Assembly (NCBI RefSeq): GCF_001194135.2
Contig: NC_068995.1
Location: 31,020,781-31,084,780, forward strand
Source of the DNA: Octopus bimaculoides
Taxonomy: Eukaryota
Direction: 5' to 3'
DNA length: 64,000 nucleotides
This document shows, piece after piece, positions 38,801 through 48,033 of the stretch (positions are counted from its first letter, which is position 1; the number at the start of each line of letters is the position of its first letter). Made by a program: the position numbers and the translations under genes. The notes beneath the pieces are model-generated. The model was not told the DNA's origin. It ran no database searches and saw nothing but the letters and a program-made list of their open reading frames with translations.

Positions 38801-41800
38801 AATATCTTGTAGGTGGAAATTGTAAGAAACCCATTGTGTGTGTGTGTGTTATTTCATTGTCTGGTATGCTGTGTAAGTACTGTCACCGTGTAGACAGCAT
38901 CATTATTGACATCTGCTGTGAAAATATTATCATCATTTATTGTCCGTTGTCTATGCTGGCATGGGTTGAACGGTCTGACCAGGGCTGGTAAGCTGGAAGG
39001 CTGCACCAGGCTCCAGTTTGATTTGGCATTGTTTTCTATGGTTGGATGCCCTTCCTAATGCCAACTACTCTGAGAGTGTAATGGGTGCTTTTACATGCCA
39101 CCAGCATGGGTGCCATTCGCGTGACACCAGTATCTGTCACTTCCCCATGACCAGACAGAAAATTGGAAATAAAAGACACTGTTTGTATGATGGTGACCCA
39201 TGCTTACAACTATCACATGATGTCATGGTTGCTATATATGTATATGTGTGAAATATTCTATATATATATAACTGATATTACTAAATGATATCTAAATATA
39301 TGAGTCTATTTTTGTTCCTTTTCTTTCAGCATAAAGATGACTTTGAGACACGACGCACATTAGTCGAAGACTTGCTACGAGAACATGGCCAAACATTAGT
39401 GCACTCTCTCCTCAATACGGCTGTCTATTGTCTTCCTACCTACATGGTCTCAGACGTTGCTGATGTGATCTACGAATTGATGCTCTTCGACAGACCGGTC
39501 AGTTGGTTTCCTTTATTTTGCTGTTGTTCAGCCTTAATCAAGCAGACACAGGACCAAAGATGTTCTGGTCATACCCATCCTTATATTATAGTATATCTAG
39601 AATTACTTATCCAATATGTCCTTCTTTTAGTAATTTTAGGAAGATCTGGCTGCTATTTCTATTACGTGACGCAGTCATATACTGGCTACCTCCTTGTTTT
39701 AAGGAGCCAAACTTGTAGGTTTGTTTTTCCTGTTTCTGATTTCTTTGTTGGGTGGATACCTAATCATTTTCAAAATTTAAAAACCAGCTTCCCAGCACCA
39801 CCTTCGGGCCTGCCAAATAAGGAGGCTTGCTTGAATTCTCAAAAAGAAAAATTAACCTTATTAAGGTCAACAATTAGCAATGGTGCAGAGACTTAAAAAT
39901 CCTGCATTTGTGTTCAATCTTTAGCTCTTTTTAAAGCATGTCTTTACAAGGAGACATCCACAAGTTTAAATGAGCAGCTAGTCCAGGAGCACAAGCCCTA
40001 GTTGACTGTGAGTGCTTGCAAAGAAACAAGAGCTAAGGGGATCATCTTGCATAGTAAATTGAATCAGAAGAGACCTCTGGGTCCACTAGCCCTAGTCATC
40101 CTTAAGAGAGTATGAAGATGCAAATAATGGATTGTCTTTGACTGTCAATTCACAGTCATAAGAGGATATTCATTCAAACTGGATGAGTTATGTTAGAAAT
40201 TCTAATGTTGCTGAGATCAACTTAACTTTCACCCTTCCTGAAAGAATAAAATACTAGCCAAATACTGGGGTTGGTATAATTGACAAACCTCTCACTCCCA
40301 AATTTGTTGGTGCCACTGAGAGTGGTAGCATAGATAGAGTACCAGCCAAAATACTTTAGCTCTGAGTTCTAATCCCAGTGATTGACATATGAGAAGAAAA
40401 TATTTCATGATGTTACTGAAGCAAAGCTATTGTTGTTGATGAAAATTGTTATTATTTTCTATTTTAAAAACTATTTTTCTCTTTGATGTTTTCTACTGCT
40501 AGACTTTCTGTCAATGGCTGGAAGTTACTCTAAAATCTTTACCAACTGAGAGCAGTGGTGGTACGATTACAGCCACCCATACACAGCTTACAGAATTTCA
40601 TAAAGCTGTTACAAGGTAAGATTTTAGTCAATTATTTATTTTGTGTGTTGTTATTTAGCCCCAGGTCAACTTTGATCCAGCTGACCATGTGCCAACCATG
40701 ACTGACTGGTACATTTTTATATCAGTCACTACATTGTCCAATGTAATTTGAGGGACATTCAGCTGTTATGTCTTGCTTTGTATAAGAGACCTTCATTAGC
40801 TTGTTTTTGTGTATTCCTAAACACATTTTCTTCTTCTTTCTGCTTTTCATCTACTCTCTGTATTAGGATTGTTTTTTTATATAAATTTGTACATTGGCAT
40901 ATTTTTTTGAATAATTGATTTCATGCTTTGGAGTCTGTACTTGCTTCCTGCTGTTAACCACTCAGCTGTAAAGTAAGGGATGGCACCTTTTGTTAGCCAG
41001 GCAAACTGAAATCTGTAGTGTTACATGAATAAAACAAGTATTTGGCTCAGTAGAATAGTGGCTCAGAAAATGGAATAACATTCTTGATGGTTTCATTTTA
41101 TTTGTTATAGTTTTTGGACTTTGGTCATGTTGGAGAAAACCCTTCAAAAGTGTCTATTCTCAGAATAAATATCCTTATTTCATCATCATTTAGCATTCGT
41201 TTTCCATAGAGGCATGGATAAAATGGTTTGACTGGAGCTGGTAAGCCCAGAGAGCTGCACCAGTCTGTTTTGGCTTGGTTTCTATGGTTGGACATCCTTC
41301 TTAACACTTAACCACTCCATAGAGCATACTGGGTGTCTTTTACGTGTCATCAGCATGGGTGCCTATTGCATCACCAGCATGGGTACCTTTCACATGTCAC
41401 CAGCACTAGCCACGCCTACGATTTCTCTAGGCTTCATGTGTCTTCGTCAGCACAGTGAATCACCAAAAGCTTCGGTCACTTGTCATCACCTCTGTGAGAC
41501 TCAATATCTCAAGATAATATTTCACCACTTCATCCCACATCTTCCTGGGTCTACCTCTTCCACAGATTAACCTTGGTTGGACATAAACTATATTCTTCTT
41601 TACATAAATGAAGGTAACTCAAAATATCTTGTTTGATACACCAATTTTGTTAAAACCACAGAAATGAAATTACTCTCATCATCGTAGAGAAACTCATATC
41701 TCCATTGTTTTTATTATATGATGTCCTTCAAGACTTTAAGTGGTAATTTACTGATCATGGTGTTTATCTGGATCCCCTGTGTTCTGAGTTCAAATCTGTC

Positions 41801-41994
41801 ACACTTCTACCACTGTGTTTATTGTTTCTCCATTTCTTGTCTAAAAGTCAAAATAATTTTTCTTAAATCTTCCATCGCAATTTCATTCAATGCCTTTTTT
41901 AATATTTTACATTTTTGTTTCTCCAATTTGCAGTGCGGAGTCTGTAAAACAAGTGTGCAATGCTATGAAAGAATTTGCCCGCCTCTTTCGGTAA
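3559..41994 (+). CDS. TNPO3: Transportin-3 (importin-beta family SR-protein import receptor), 26 coding exons in window, 5' end missing
   Basis: The hand-spliced exons join in phase into one 2667-nt ORF (888 aa + TAA). It is colinear with human TNPO3 from [11 protein letters not shown] to KEFARLFR*. The arginine helix [12 protein letters not shown] and [11 protein letters not shown] are conserved. All introns are GT-AG. Confidence 0.97.
4060..4286. repeat. GA-rich minisatellite, approx. 24-bp unit (GA)nCACTCAGGAA, with an N gap
   Basis: About 9 recurrences of gagagacactcaggaa. Confidence 0.95.
4554..4777 (+). mobile_element. About 220-bp MITE family with AACCCTTTAGCATT TIRs (other copies approx. 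5934-6030, 8675-8814, 48270-48485, and inverted at 48637-48857)
   Basis: aaccctttagcatt ... aatgctaaagggtt; recurring internal core cagattactctgtcaaatgtaatgcttatttattcac. Confidence 0.75.
5338..5379 (+). CDS. TNPO3: TNPO3 exon ([14 protein letters not shown])
   Basis: tttacag| ... aca|gtaagt; 42 nt; matches human IQTSFYELPTDSHA. Confidence 0.9.
6355..6426 (+). CDS. TNPO3: TNPO3 exon ([24 protein letters not shown])
   Basis: atttcag| ... cag|gttggt; 72 nt. Confidence 0.92.
6670..6900 (+). mobile_element. Third tRNA-headed SINE-like element
   Basis: ggtgtatggcttagtggttagggtg...ttcaattcctgg (A/B-box-like), then gtgttgtgtttttgagcaaagcacttcatttcatgttgc. Confidence 0.6.
8232..8305 (+). CDS. TNPO3: TNPO3 exon ([24 protein letters not shown][R])
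   Basis: ttttacag| ... gag|gttggt; 74 nt, ends phase 2. Confidence 0.95.
9025..9280. repeat. Foldback/hairpin element, approx. 125-bp arms, 8-nt loop
   Basis: Arms 9025-9149 and 9158-9280 are about 90% identical in inverted orientation (manual alignment). Confidence 0.9.
10932..10995 (+). CDS. TNPO3: TNPO3 exon ([21 protein letters not shown])
   Basis: tattcag| ... gag|gtaaga; 64 nt. Confidence 0.95.
11107..11525 (+). mobile_element. R4/Dong-like non-LTR retrotransposon remnant
   Basis: Translates to [26 protein letters not shown]...[10 protein letters not shown] and, after frameshifts, [11 protein letters not shown]. These motifs are typical of the post-RT region of R4/Dong elements. Confidence 0.65.
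11782..11874 (+). CDS. TNPO3: TNPO3 exon ([31 protein letters not shown])
   Basis: actgtag| ... cta|gtaagt; 93 nt. Confidence 0.95.
12360..13511 (-). mobile_element. Near full-length degenerate mariner (irritans/Hsmar2-like) with both TIRs and TA flanks
   Basis: ta-tgtagtagggctgaaaatttcacaggct at the left matches the reverse complement of agcctatgaacttttcagcccatcctca-ta at the right. Transposase remnants: [34 protein letters not shown]. Confidence 0.88.
15075..15218 (+). CDS. TNPO3: TNPO3 exon (TACIKNNQ...[11 protein letters not shown]...TAFHVL)
   Basis: tttgcag| ... ttg|gtaagt; 144 nt. Confidence 0.95.
16775..16836. repeat. (AT)n microsatellite; many others, e.g. compound (AAT)n(ATT)n(AGT)n at 20787-20853 and (AT)n at 62870-62946
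   Basis: Direct reading. Confidence 0.95.
17608..17682 (+). CDS. TNPO3: TNPO3 exon ([25 protein letters not shown])
   Basis: tttacag| ... gag|gtaaga; 75 nt. Confidence 0.95.
18060..18600 (+). mobile_element. Ty3/Gypsy LTR-retrotransposon gag remnant
   Basis: Q-rich stretch followed by [38 protein letters not shown] and, in shifted frames, LP..P....[17 protein letters not shown]. This resembles the gag of K02A2.6-like Gypsy elements. Confidence 0.72.
18601..18772. repeat. Foldback/hairpin element, 80-bp arms, 12-nt loop
   Basis: Arms 18601-18680 and 18693-18772 differ at 5 positions. Confidence 0.92.
18877..18977 (+). CDS. TNPO3: TNPO3 exon ([33 protein letters not shown][K])
   Basis: tttctag| ... 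caa|gtatgt; 101 nt. Confidence 0.95.
20451..20526 (+). CDS. TNPO3: TNPO3 exon ([25 protein letters not shown])
   Basis: tttccag| ... cag|gtaagt; 76 nt. Confidence 0.95.
20539..20670 (+). repeat. Old dispersed repeat family C, representative copy (about 15 copies; see findings)
   Basis: Recurring degenerate core gttgtttagccccaggtcagccctgatcaagcagacctatgatcaaaggcattccagccatgacc...ctagactacattatccaatgtgtcc...gagggagatttggctgctatttctagc. Confidence 0.7.
21210..22148 (-). mobile_element. Degenerate Hsmar1-like (cecropia subfamily) mariner
   Basis: TIR ttaggttggtgcaaaactaattgtggtt at 22148-22121; [24 protein letters not shown]...LVSQKGP matches Hsmar1 MVTVWWSAAGLIHYSFLNPGETITSEKY...LVNRKGP. Confidence 0.88.
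22420..22482 (+). CDS. TNPO3: TNPO3 exon ([21 protein letters not shown])
   Basis: tttgcag| ... gaa|gtaagt; 63 nt. Confidence 0.95.
22638..22784 (+). CDS. TNPO3: TNPO3 exon ([17 protein letters not shown]...[11 protein letters not shown])
   Basis: tttgcag| ... cac|gtaagt; 147 nt. Confidence 0.96.
23119..23424. mobile_element. hAT-type MITE (CAGTGGTTCTCAACC-like TIRs)
   Basis: cagtagttctcaacc ... ggttgagaaccactg; no clean 8-bp TSD seen. Confidence 0.7.
24970..25077 (+). CDS. TNPO3: TNPO3 exon ([36 protein letters not shown])
   Basis: attacag| ... cag|gtagta; 108 nt. Confidence 0.95.
26107..26204 (+). CDS. TNPO3: TNPO3 exon ([32 protein letters not shown][P])
   Basis: tttctag| ... tcc|gtaagt; 98 nt. 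Confidence 0.94.
26645..27110 (-). mobile_element. RTE 3'UTR-derived short element, representative copy (about 20 copies on both strands, e.g. + 3190-3325, 5000-5305, 15440-15690, 20990-21205, 33040-33215, 34920-35125; - 22845-22940, 23880-24070, 38930-39230, 41165-41560)
   Basis: Shares ggaagggcatccagctgtagaaac...gtccaacccatgccagcatggaaa...aaacgatgatgat with the 3' end of the RTE at 46600-46924. Confidence 0.85.
27840..27976 (+). CDS. TNPO3: TNPO3 exon ([16 protein letters not shown]...[23 protein letters not shown])
   Basis: ctttcag| ... tag|gtaagt; 137 nt. Confidence 0.95.
28941..29132 (+). CDS. TNPO3: TNPO3 exon ([11 protein letters not shown]...DAAIGLLK[G])
   Basis: tcttcag| ... aag|gtaatc; 192 nt. 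Confidence 0.96.
30487..30578 (+). CDS. TNPO3: TNPO3 exon ([30 protein letters not shown])
   Basis: ccctaag| (AAG acceptor) ... aag|gtaaag; 92 nt. Confidence 0.92.
31361..31446 (+). CDS. TNPO3: TNPO3 exon ([28 protein letters not shown][R])
   Basis: attgcag| ... cag|gtaatt; 86 nt. Confidence 0.93.
31690..32060 (+). mobile_element. Degenerate RTE LINE remnant (post-RT region)
   Basis: Sequence similarity to 46010-46330 (gtgctgcatcgtagtgaaatgtgg..., tgtggtcatgtgatgtgtatgga...). Confidence 0.7.
33806..33866 (+). CDS. TNPO3: TNPO3 exon ([20 protein letters not shown])
   Basis: ttaatag| ... gag|gtaaac; 61 nt. Confidence 0.94.
33915..34135 (+). mobile_element. SINE family B, representative copy (others approx.: + 10318-10515, 22165-22345, 25755-25960, 34675-34880, 36515-36710, 38343-38558, 46935-47450, 60700-60920; - 15975-16195, 16510-16735, 28610-28815, 49825-50345, 53950-54650)
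   Basis: Recurring ggcgagctggcagaatcgttagca...ttctgagttcaaattc (B-box-like)...ctttcatcctttcggggtc...gtgccaaaatttgaaacc(aat)n. Confidence 0.85.
34469..34658. repeat. Perfect 19-bp tandem repeat (TAACACAGATAATGGTTAA)x10
   Basis: 10 identical units read directly from the sequence. Confidence 0.97.
36049..36189 (+). CDS. TNPO3: TNPO3 exon (IFPVLSQ...[19 protein letters not shown]...LQPLVTQ)
   Basis: aaatcag| ... cag|gtaaga; 141 nt; carries the cargo-binding Arg-rich helix. Confidence 0.96.
36743..36859 (+). CDS. TNPO3: TNPO3 exon ([25 protein letters not shown]...LLNMLQ)
   Basis: cttgcag| ... caa|gtaagg; 117 nt. Confidence 0.97.
37209..37303 (+). CDS. TNPO3: TNPO3 exon ([31 protein letters not shown][R])
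   Basis: tttgtag| ... cag|gtttgc; 95 nt. Confidence 0.96.
38109..38265 (+). CDS. TNPO3: TNPO3 exon ([11 protein letters not shown]...[25 protein letters not shown])
   Basis: gatctag| ... gaa|gtaagt; 157 nt. Confidence 0.96.
38331..38570 (+). mobile_element. SINE family B copy with a 12-bp target-site duplication
   Basis: attaattagtcc at 38331-38342 and 38559-38570 flank the SINE. Confidence 0.8.
39330..39497 (+). CDS. TNPO3: TNPO3 exon ([16 protein letters not shown]...YELMLFDRP)
   Basis: ctttcag| ... ccg|gtcagt; 168 nt. Confidence 0.96.
40503..40615 (+). CDS. TNPO3: TNPO3 exon ([16 protein letters not shown]...[10 protein letters not shown][S])
   Basis: ctgctag| ... aag|gtaaga; 113 nt. 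Confidence 0.96.
41934..41994 (+). CDS. TNPO3: TNPO3 last coding exon ([19 protein letters not shown])
   Basis: tttgcag| ... cgg TAA; matches human AEECKQVCWALRDFTRLFR*. Confidence 0.96.
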
Positions 41995-42694
41995 TCTACT
42001 TAATAATAAGAACAACTAAATCAAAGACATTAATCTCCTCTGCTTCAAAACACTGACAGAAAACAAAGCAAATGGCACAAAAATGAAAGAAATCTGAAAA
42101 TATTTTTAAATAATTTTTTTTTTACACCGTTCTTTCACCTTCTTCTGACATCTTTGAGAATTTGGTGACAATCTGAAGGAAAATGACTGAAGTTGGCTCT
42201 TTTTTTTTTTTTCTTTATGGTATTTACTGGATGGTTGTCTTCAACAGTTCCAGTCTTCATATGGTGAACAACTACAACAGTAACAATAACAAATAATCTT
42301 AGTTTCTGCAGCTGATTTTGGAACACACCTCTCAGACTGGCTTCTTTTATGACATGCAATGAGAATAGATGTGTTTGTGTGTGGGACCTGTATGTGTGTG
42401 TGTGTGGGTTGTGTGATGTGTGCCTATATGGATTATCTCTAAAACTAAAACTTTCATTTATTCTCTTTGTGACATTTGACCTCTCACATTTCACACCCAA
42501 ATGCTCACCCTAAACCATTCTTCAGTTTTCTCTACCAGCAGAACACATTGTGATTCTTTTTCTATTTTTAACTATTTGTCTTTTAAAAACAAACCCCAAA
42601 AACTGAATATTTTACCTTTAATATTATTTTATCTAAATTCGTTTCTTGCCTACTGTTACCATCGCCACAAGTCTATCGCTTTTTACTGTATGTA

Positions 42695-42737
<43 letters not shown>

Positions 42738-43890
42738 TACATAGACCACAGAGAGTAATCAGTTCTATCTGTCATACTGGACATCAAACTTCCTGGCAAG
42801 GCCAGACACAAAGTGTAGCAGTAGAAACATATTGCTTTCACTCCAAAGTGGTTTACTACTTGCCATATGTAGCAATACACATGAATACTGGGACATACTG
42901 CAGTTGAAAGGGATTAGTGCCCCAAGAGCCAGGCTTGCCTCTCCTCTTTCTCCCCAACCAACCAACCTGTTCTTATCACTTTTGTCATCTTAAAGGTAAA
43001 TTCCATGACAAGACTATGATGAAGGCGGTTGCCCCCCTTTGCCTCGACCAGGTCAAACTGCCTGACAACTGAGATTGGTCAAGAAAGCAAAAGTCACACG
43101 TTTTAATGAGGCCCTCTGTGTATGTGACTCTCCTCTGACCTAGTTCTGGCTTAACCTCAATAAAGTGTAGAGGCAATGTTTAGTAGTCATGGCCAAGACC
43201 CTGCTAGCTAAATCTAACTAAACAACAAATGTTGTGTGTGTATACATTAATGTATGTACACAAATGTATACATACATATATTCCTCTACTTGAAAAGCAG
43301 GTAAGGATTAGTGACTGGATAGGCATCCAGCTGCAAAACAATGCATCAATAATGTATTTGTCTAACCCATGCCAGCATGGAAAAAGAAGTGTCAAGACGA
43401 ATGAATATATTTCTTTGAAAGTGACACTTCACTTGCTTGCTGTTTTTGTATTTTCACAGCAACTGGAAAACAAGGAACTGAATAGCACAGACATGCATAT
43501 ACACACACATGTAGTTATATACACATACACATATATATACATTTTTACATAGAGTAATCTAACTAATAGTTAAAAAAAAGGAAAAGGATAACACAGTACC
43601 TGTTTTGCTAAACTGAAGGATCTGAGACAGAAGAATGACTATTTTAGAGAGAAAGAGACCCTAATACCCTGCAAAAACCACCCTTAAATAAAGCCAGTCT
43701 ATTTCAAATTGGGTTGATTTGAGTGTTTTCTATTTAACCTGTCCTGTGTTCTTTGTACTGTCGTGGAATTCTACTTATTGACACTTTAGAGACAAAGCCT
43801 TATTTGGAATTTCAGTGCCAAGAAGATGGTGCCCTTTTTACAAGCCCTACAGAGAGCATGCACTTATTTTTCAAAAAAAAAATTATAAAA

Positions 43891-43896
43891 AATAAA
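43891..43896 (+). terminator. Candidate TNPO3 polyadenylation signal (AATAAA); another at 43159-43164
   Basis: Hexamer at the end of about 1.9 kb of largely repeat-poor sequence downstream of the stop, just before the RTE insertion. Usage is inferred. Confidence 0.4.
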
Positions 43897-44034
43897 GTTA
43901 TTACTTTTCATGTATAAAACTATATATATTCTTGCAGGAAATTGAATGAACTACTACAATCTTCTTTGTCATTCGACTTCTCGGCCAATAGATTGGCCCT
44001 GTTGTATCCTAAGCATTAATATGTTTTTCATTAC

Positions 44035-46924
44035 CCAACTCTTATTACAGAATAACACTAACTTCAGGAAACCTGCCAGCCACCTATTCACCTACCGATC
44101 TGGTAGACACACTAGTCAAATTGACTACATCCTTGCCAGGGAACAGCAAAGACGGCTACTTATAAATGCCAAAACTTTCCCAGGTGAAGAATGCACTCCA
44201 CAACATAGATTAGTAGTTAGCAACTTCAGGATCAGGGCTAAATGGATGCCCAGAAGATGACCAGCATGGAGGAGAAGGGTCTGGAAGATTAAGGATCCTG
44301 CAAATGGACAGATTTAGACACGCATTACTCAAAGCTTTTGATGAAATAGAGAGGGATATAGCATCACATGATGTGGAAGACAATTAAAGGTTTCTACCGG
44401 ACAACCTGTTGAGGGCCACTGACCAGATCTGTGGATGGTGCAAAGTCCCCTCTCAACCCAAGGTAACGTAGTGGTGGAACAATGTAGTTGACAGGGACAT
44501 TAGGGAAAAGAAACAGGCAAGGATGAACAGGAAGAATGGTGGTAGCAGGGAGTTGTATCAGACTGCCAGAAAGGAAGCTAGGAGACAGGTTTATTTAGCC
44601 AGAGGGGAAGCAGATAAGAAAAAATTTGCTAATGTTCTGCGTCATGAGGACTAAAGACTTGAAGTATTTCATGTTGCAAGACAGTGAGTGAGAGGGAATT
44701 GTGATGTCATAGGAGAGAGACTTGGAGACGCCACTATGAAAGGTTGCTAAATGAATAGAATGAATGGGAGAGAGAGAGTCTGCCGAATGTCAACCCAACA
44801 GAGGGACCAGCTATCTGAGTTGACAGTACCATGGTAGATAAAGCAATTAAGGGTGTGAAGACGGGGAAAGCCCCTGGCCCATCAGGAATCACCACAGAGA
44901 TGCTTAAAATGTCTGGCAGTGTTGGCTATAGTCTAGTCACCCGTATAGTCAACCAGGTGATACATGAAGGAGTCATACCCAATGACTGGTGTAGCAGCAC
45001 CATAGTCAACTGCTACAAAGGTAAAGGTGACGCGTTAGATACAAATAATTACAGAGGTATCAAGTTGTTGGAACAGGTAATGAAAGTCACGGAGAGGGTC
45101 ATAGCCCAGCTAATTAGGGAGAGAGTCAGTTTAGAGGAGCTGCAGTTTGGGTTTGTGCCAGGGAAAAGCACTACTGAGGCTATATTTCTGGTAAGACAGC
45201 TGCAGGAGAAATACCTAGCCAAACTGTACCTGGCTTTTTTTGACAAGTTCCCCCGATCCCTTATCTGGTGGTCAATAAGGAAACAAGGGATAGATGAATG
45301 GTTAGTGAGAGCTGTACAAGACATGTACAGGGATATGGTCAGTAAGGTGAGGGTTGGCAATGAGTATAGTGAAGAATTCCGGGTAGGGGTCCACCAAGGA
45401 TCACTCCTCAGCCCCCTCCTATTTATCATAGTCCTCCAGGCTTCAAGACAGGATGCCCCTGGGAGCTTCTCTATGCTGATGACCTTGCACTAATTGCTGA
45501 GTCACTATCAGAAATAGAGAAGTTTCAGGTGTGGAAGCAATGATTAGAATCGAAGGGCCTTAGAGTCAACCTAGCTAAAACCAAAGTCTTAATAAGTAGG
45601 AAGGCAGACAACACACAAATCCCTCCAGGTAGATGGCCCTGCTTGATCTATAGAAAAGGCGTAGGTAGAAACTCCATAAGATGTACCCAGTGTAAGCTAT
45701 AGACACATAAGAGGTGCAGCAATATCAAAGGAAGGCTAACTAGCAAGATAGTTTTTGTGTGGTAATAAACACTGAAAATGTGCAGAGAACAGCTTCTGTC
45801 ACATTCCAGGGAGAGAAAACTACAAGTAGTTGATAGCTTCTGTTACCTAGGTGACCAAGTCAGTAGTGGGAGTGGATGCTCTAAAAGTGTAGCTGCTAGA
45901 ATAAGAATAGCTTGGGTAAAGTTCAAAGAGCTCCTACCTCTGCTGGTGACAAAGGGCTTCTGGCTCAGAGTAAAAGGTAGATTGTATGACGCATGTGTGC
46001 GAACAGCCATGCTACATGGCAGTGAAACATGGGCTGTGACTGCTGAGGACATGTGTAAGCTTGCAAAGAAAGAAGCCAGTATGCTCCTCTGGATATGTAA
46101 TGTCAGTGTGCACGACTGTGTAAGCACCATGAGAGAAAAGTTGGACTTAAGAAGCCTCAGATGTGGTGTGCAAGAGAGACAACTGCGCTGGTATGGTCAT
46201 GTGTTCCGAATGGAGGAGGACAGCTGTGTGAAAAAGTGTCACACCCTAGCGGTTGAGGGAACCCGTAGAAGAGGTAGACCCAGTAAAAACTAGGATGAGA
46301 TGGTGAAGCACAACCTTTGAACATTGGGCCTCACTGAGGCAATGACAAGTGACAGACCTTTGGAGATATGCTGTGCTTGAGAAGTCCCAGCAAGCCAAGT
46401 GAGACCATAACCATGGCCTATGCCAGTGCTGTATAACCAGCCTATTTAAGAGTACCCTTCAATCATTGGACAATAAACTACACTTGCGAAGACTTGTTGA
46501 GGTAAGTGAAATCATCGTGGCCGATGACAGTACCACCTGATTGGCACCTGTGCCAGTGGAGTGTTAAGAGCACTATTCAAGTGTGACCGTAGTTGGGCCG
46601 CTGACTGGCTCCCGTGCCAGTGACATGTAAAAAGTACCATTCAAGCATGATCATTGCCAGCGTCACCTGACTGGTGGCTCCTGTGCTGGTGGCACGTAAA
46701 AAACACCATTTGAGCATGGCTGATGCCAGTACTGATTGACTGACCCTTGTGCCGATGGCATGTAAAAGCACCCACTACACTCTTGGAATGGTTGGCATTA
46801 GGAAGGGCATCCAGCTGTAGAAACTTTGCCAGATCAGATTGGTGCAACCCTCAGTCAAACCGTCCAACCCATGCCAGCATGGAAAGTGGAAATTAAACGA
46901 CGATGATGATGATGATGATGATGA
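44035..46924 (+). mobile_element. 5'-truncated, frameshifted RTE-clade LINE (end of APE endonuclease, RT, 3'UTR, (GAT)n tail)
   Basis: APE C-terminal motif TYRSG...QIDYIL...QHRLVV; GKAPGPSGI, YKGKGD...NYRGIKLL, QFGFVPGKST, GVHQGS.LSPLLF; YADD at 45472-45483; RTE-typical MLHGSETW...LRWYGHV...RGRP; multiple stops and frameshifts. Confidence 0.93.
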
Positions 46925-47931
46925 TTATTATTAGTGAGGCCAGTTGGCAGAAGTGTTAATGCATTGGACAAAATGCTTAGCAGCAGTTCTTCCAGAACTT
47001 GACATTTTAAGTTCAAATGCTACCAAAGTCAACTTTGCCTTTCATCCTTTTGAGGTTGGTAAAATAATACCAGTCAAGTACTGCATGTGGTGGTATGGAT
47101 GGCTTTTGATGTAAGCCACTCTCTCCCTTGAAATTGCAGTGGTCATGCCAGAATTAGGATGAATTATTATTAAGGTGGTGAGCTGGCAGAATCGTTAGCA
47201 TGCCAAGGGTTGATAAATTAAGTACTAGTGAAACGCTGGGGTTGATGTAAACAACTAGTTACCTCCTGCAAAATTTCAGGCCTTGTGCCTTTAGTAGAAA
47301 GGATCATTATTAAGACGGCAAGGTGGTAGAATGGTTAGCATGCTGGAAAAATGCTTAGTTTTTTGTCTCTATGTTGAGTTCAAATTCTGCTGAGGTCAAC
47401 TTCACTTTTCATCCTTTCAGGGTCAATGAAATAAGTACCAGTTAAGTCATTGGACTGTGGCTATGCTGGGGCACCACCTTGAAGGTTTTAACCAAACATA
47501 TTCACCTTCTGTTCTTTTTTTTTAAATCCTGGTATCTATTCTATCCAGTCTCTTATGCTAAACCGCTAGGTTATAGATACATAAACAAACCAAGAAGTGA
47601 TGGAGGAACAAACACAAAGACACACACACAACAGTTTCTTCTACGAAATCCACTCACAAAACTTTGGTCAGTCTGGAGCTATCTTAGAAGACACTGACCT
47701 GAGGTGTTACATAGTGAGTCTGAATCCAGAACCATGTGACTGGAAAGCTAATTTTTCCCCACTCAACCACACCTGTGCAGGTTTTTATACATTTAAACAA
47801 AGCAATAAAGAGAATAGAGTTGTTTATGACTCTGGTTATGGGTTCAATCCCCACTGCATGTCTTATACGTTAGTGTGGGGTCAACTAGAGTAACTTGTCA
47901 GTGAAATTATGTGGAAGAAAACCATTGTGTA

Positions 47932-48033
47932 TACAGAGTGGGCCAAAAGTCATGCACCAAGATCAAAACACATTTCAAAGGCAGTAGAATATATGTCAGC
48001 TGTTTTGGCGCGTGACTTTTGGCCCACCTTGTA
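47932..48033. mobile_element. 102-bp Tc1/mariner-type MITE
   Basis: tacagagtgggccaaaagtcatgcacc ... ggcgcgtgacttttggcccaccttgta; 27-bp TIRs with TA ends. Confidence 0.75.
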
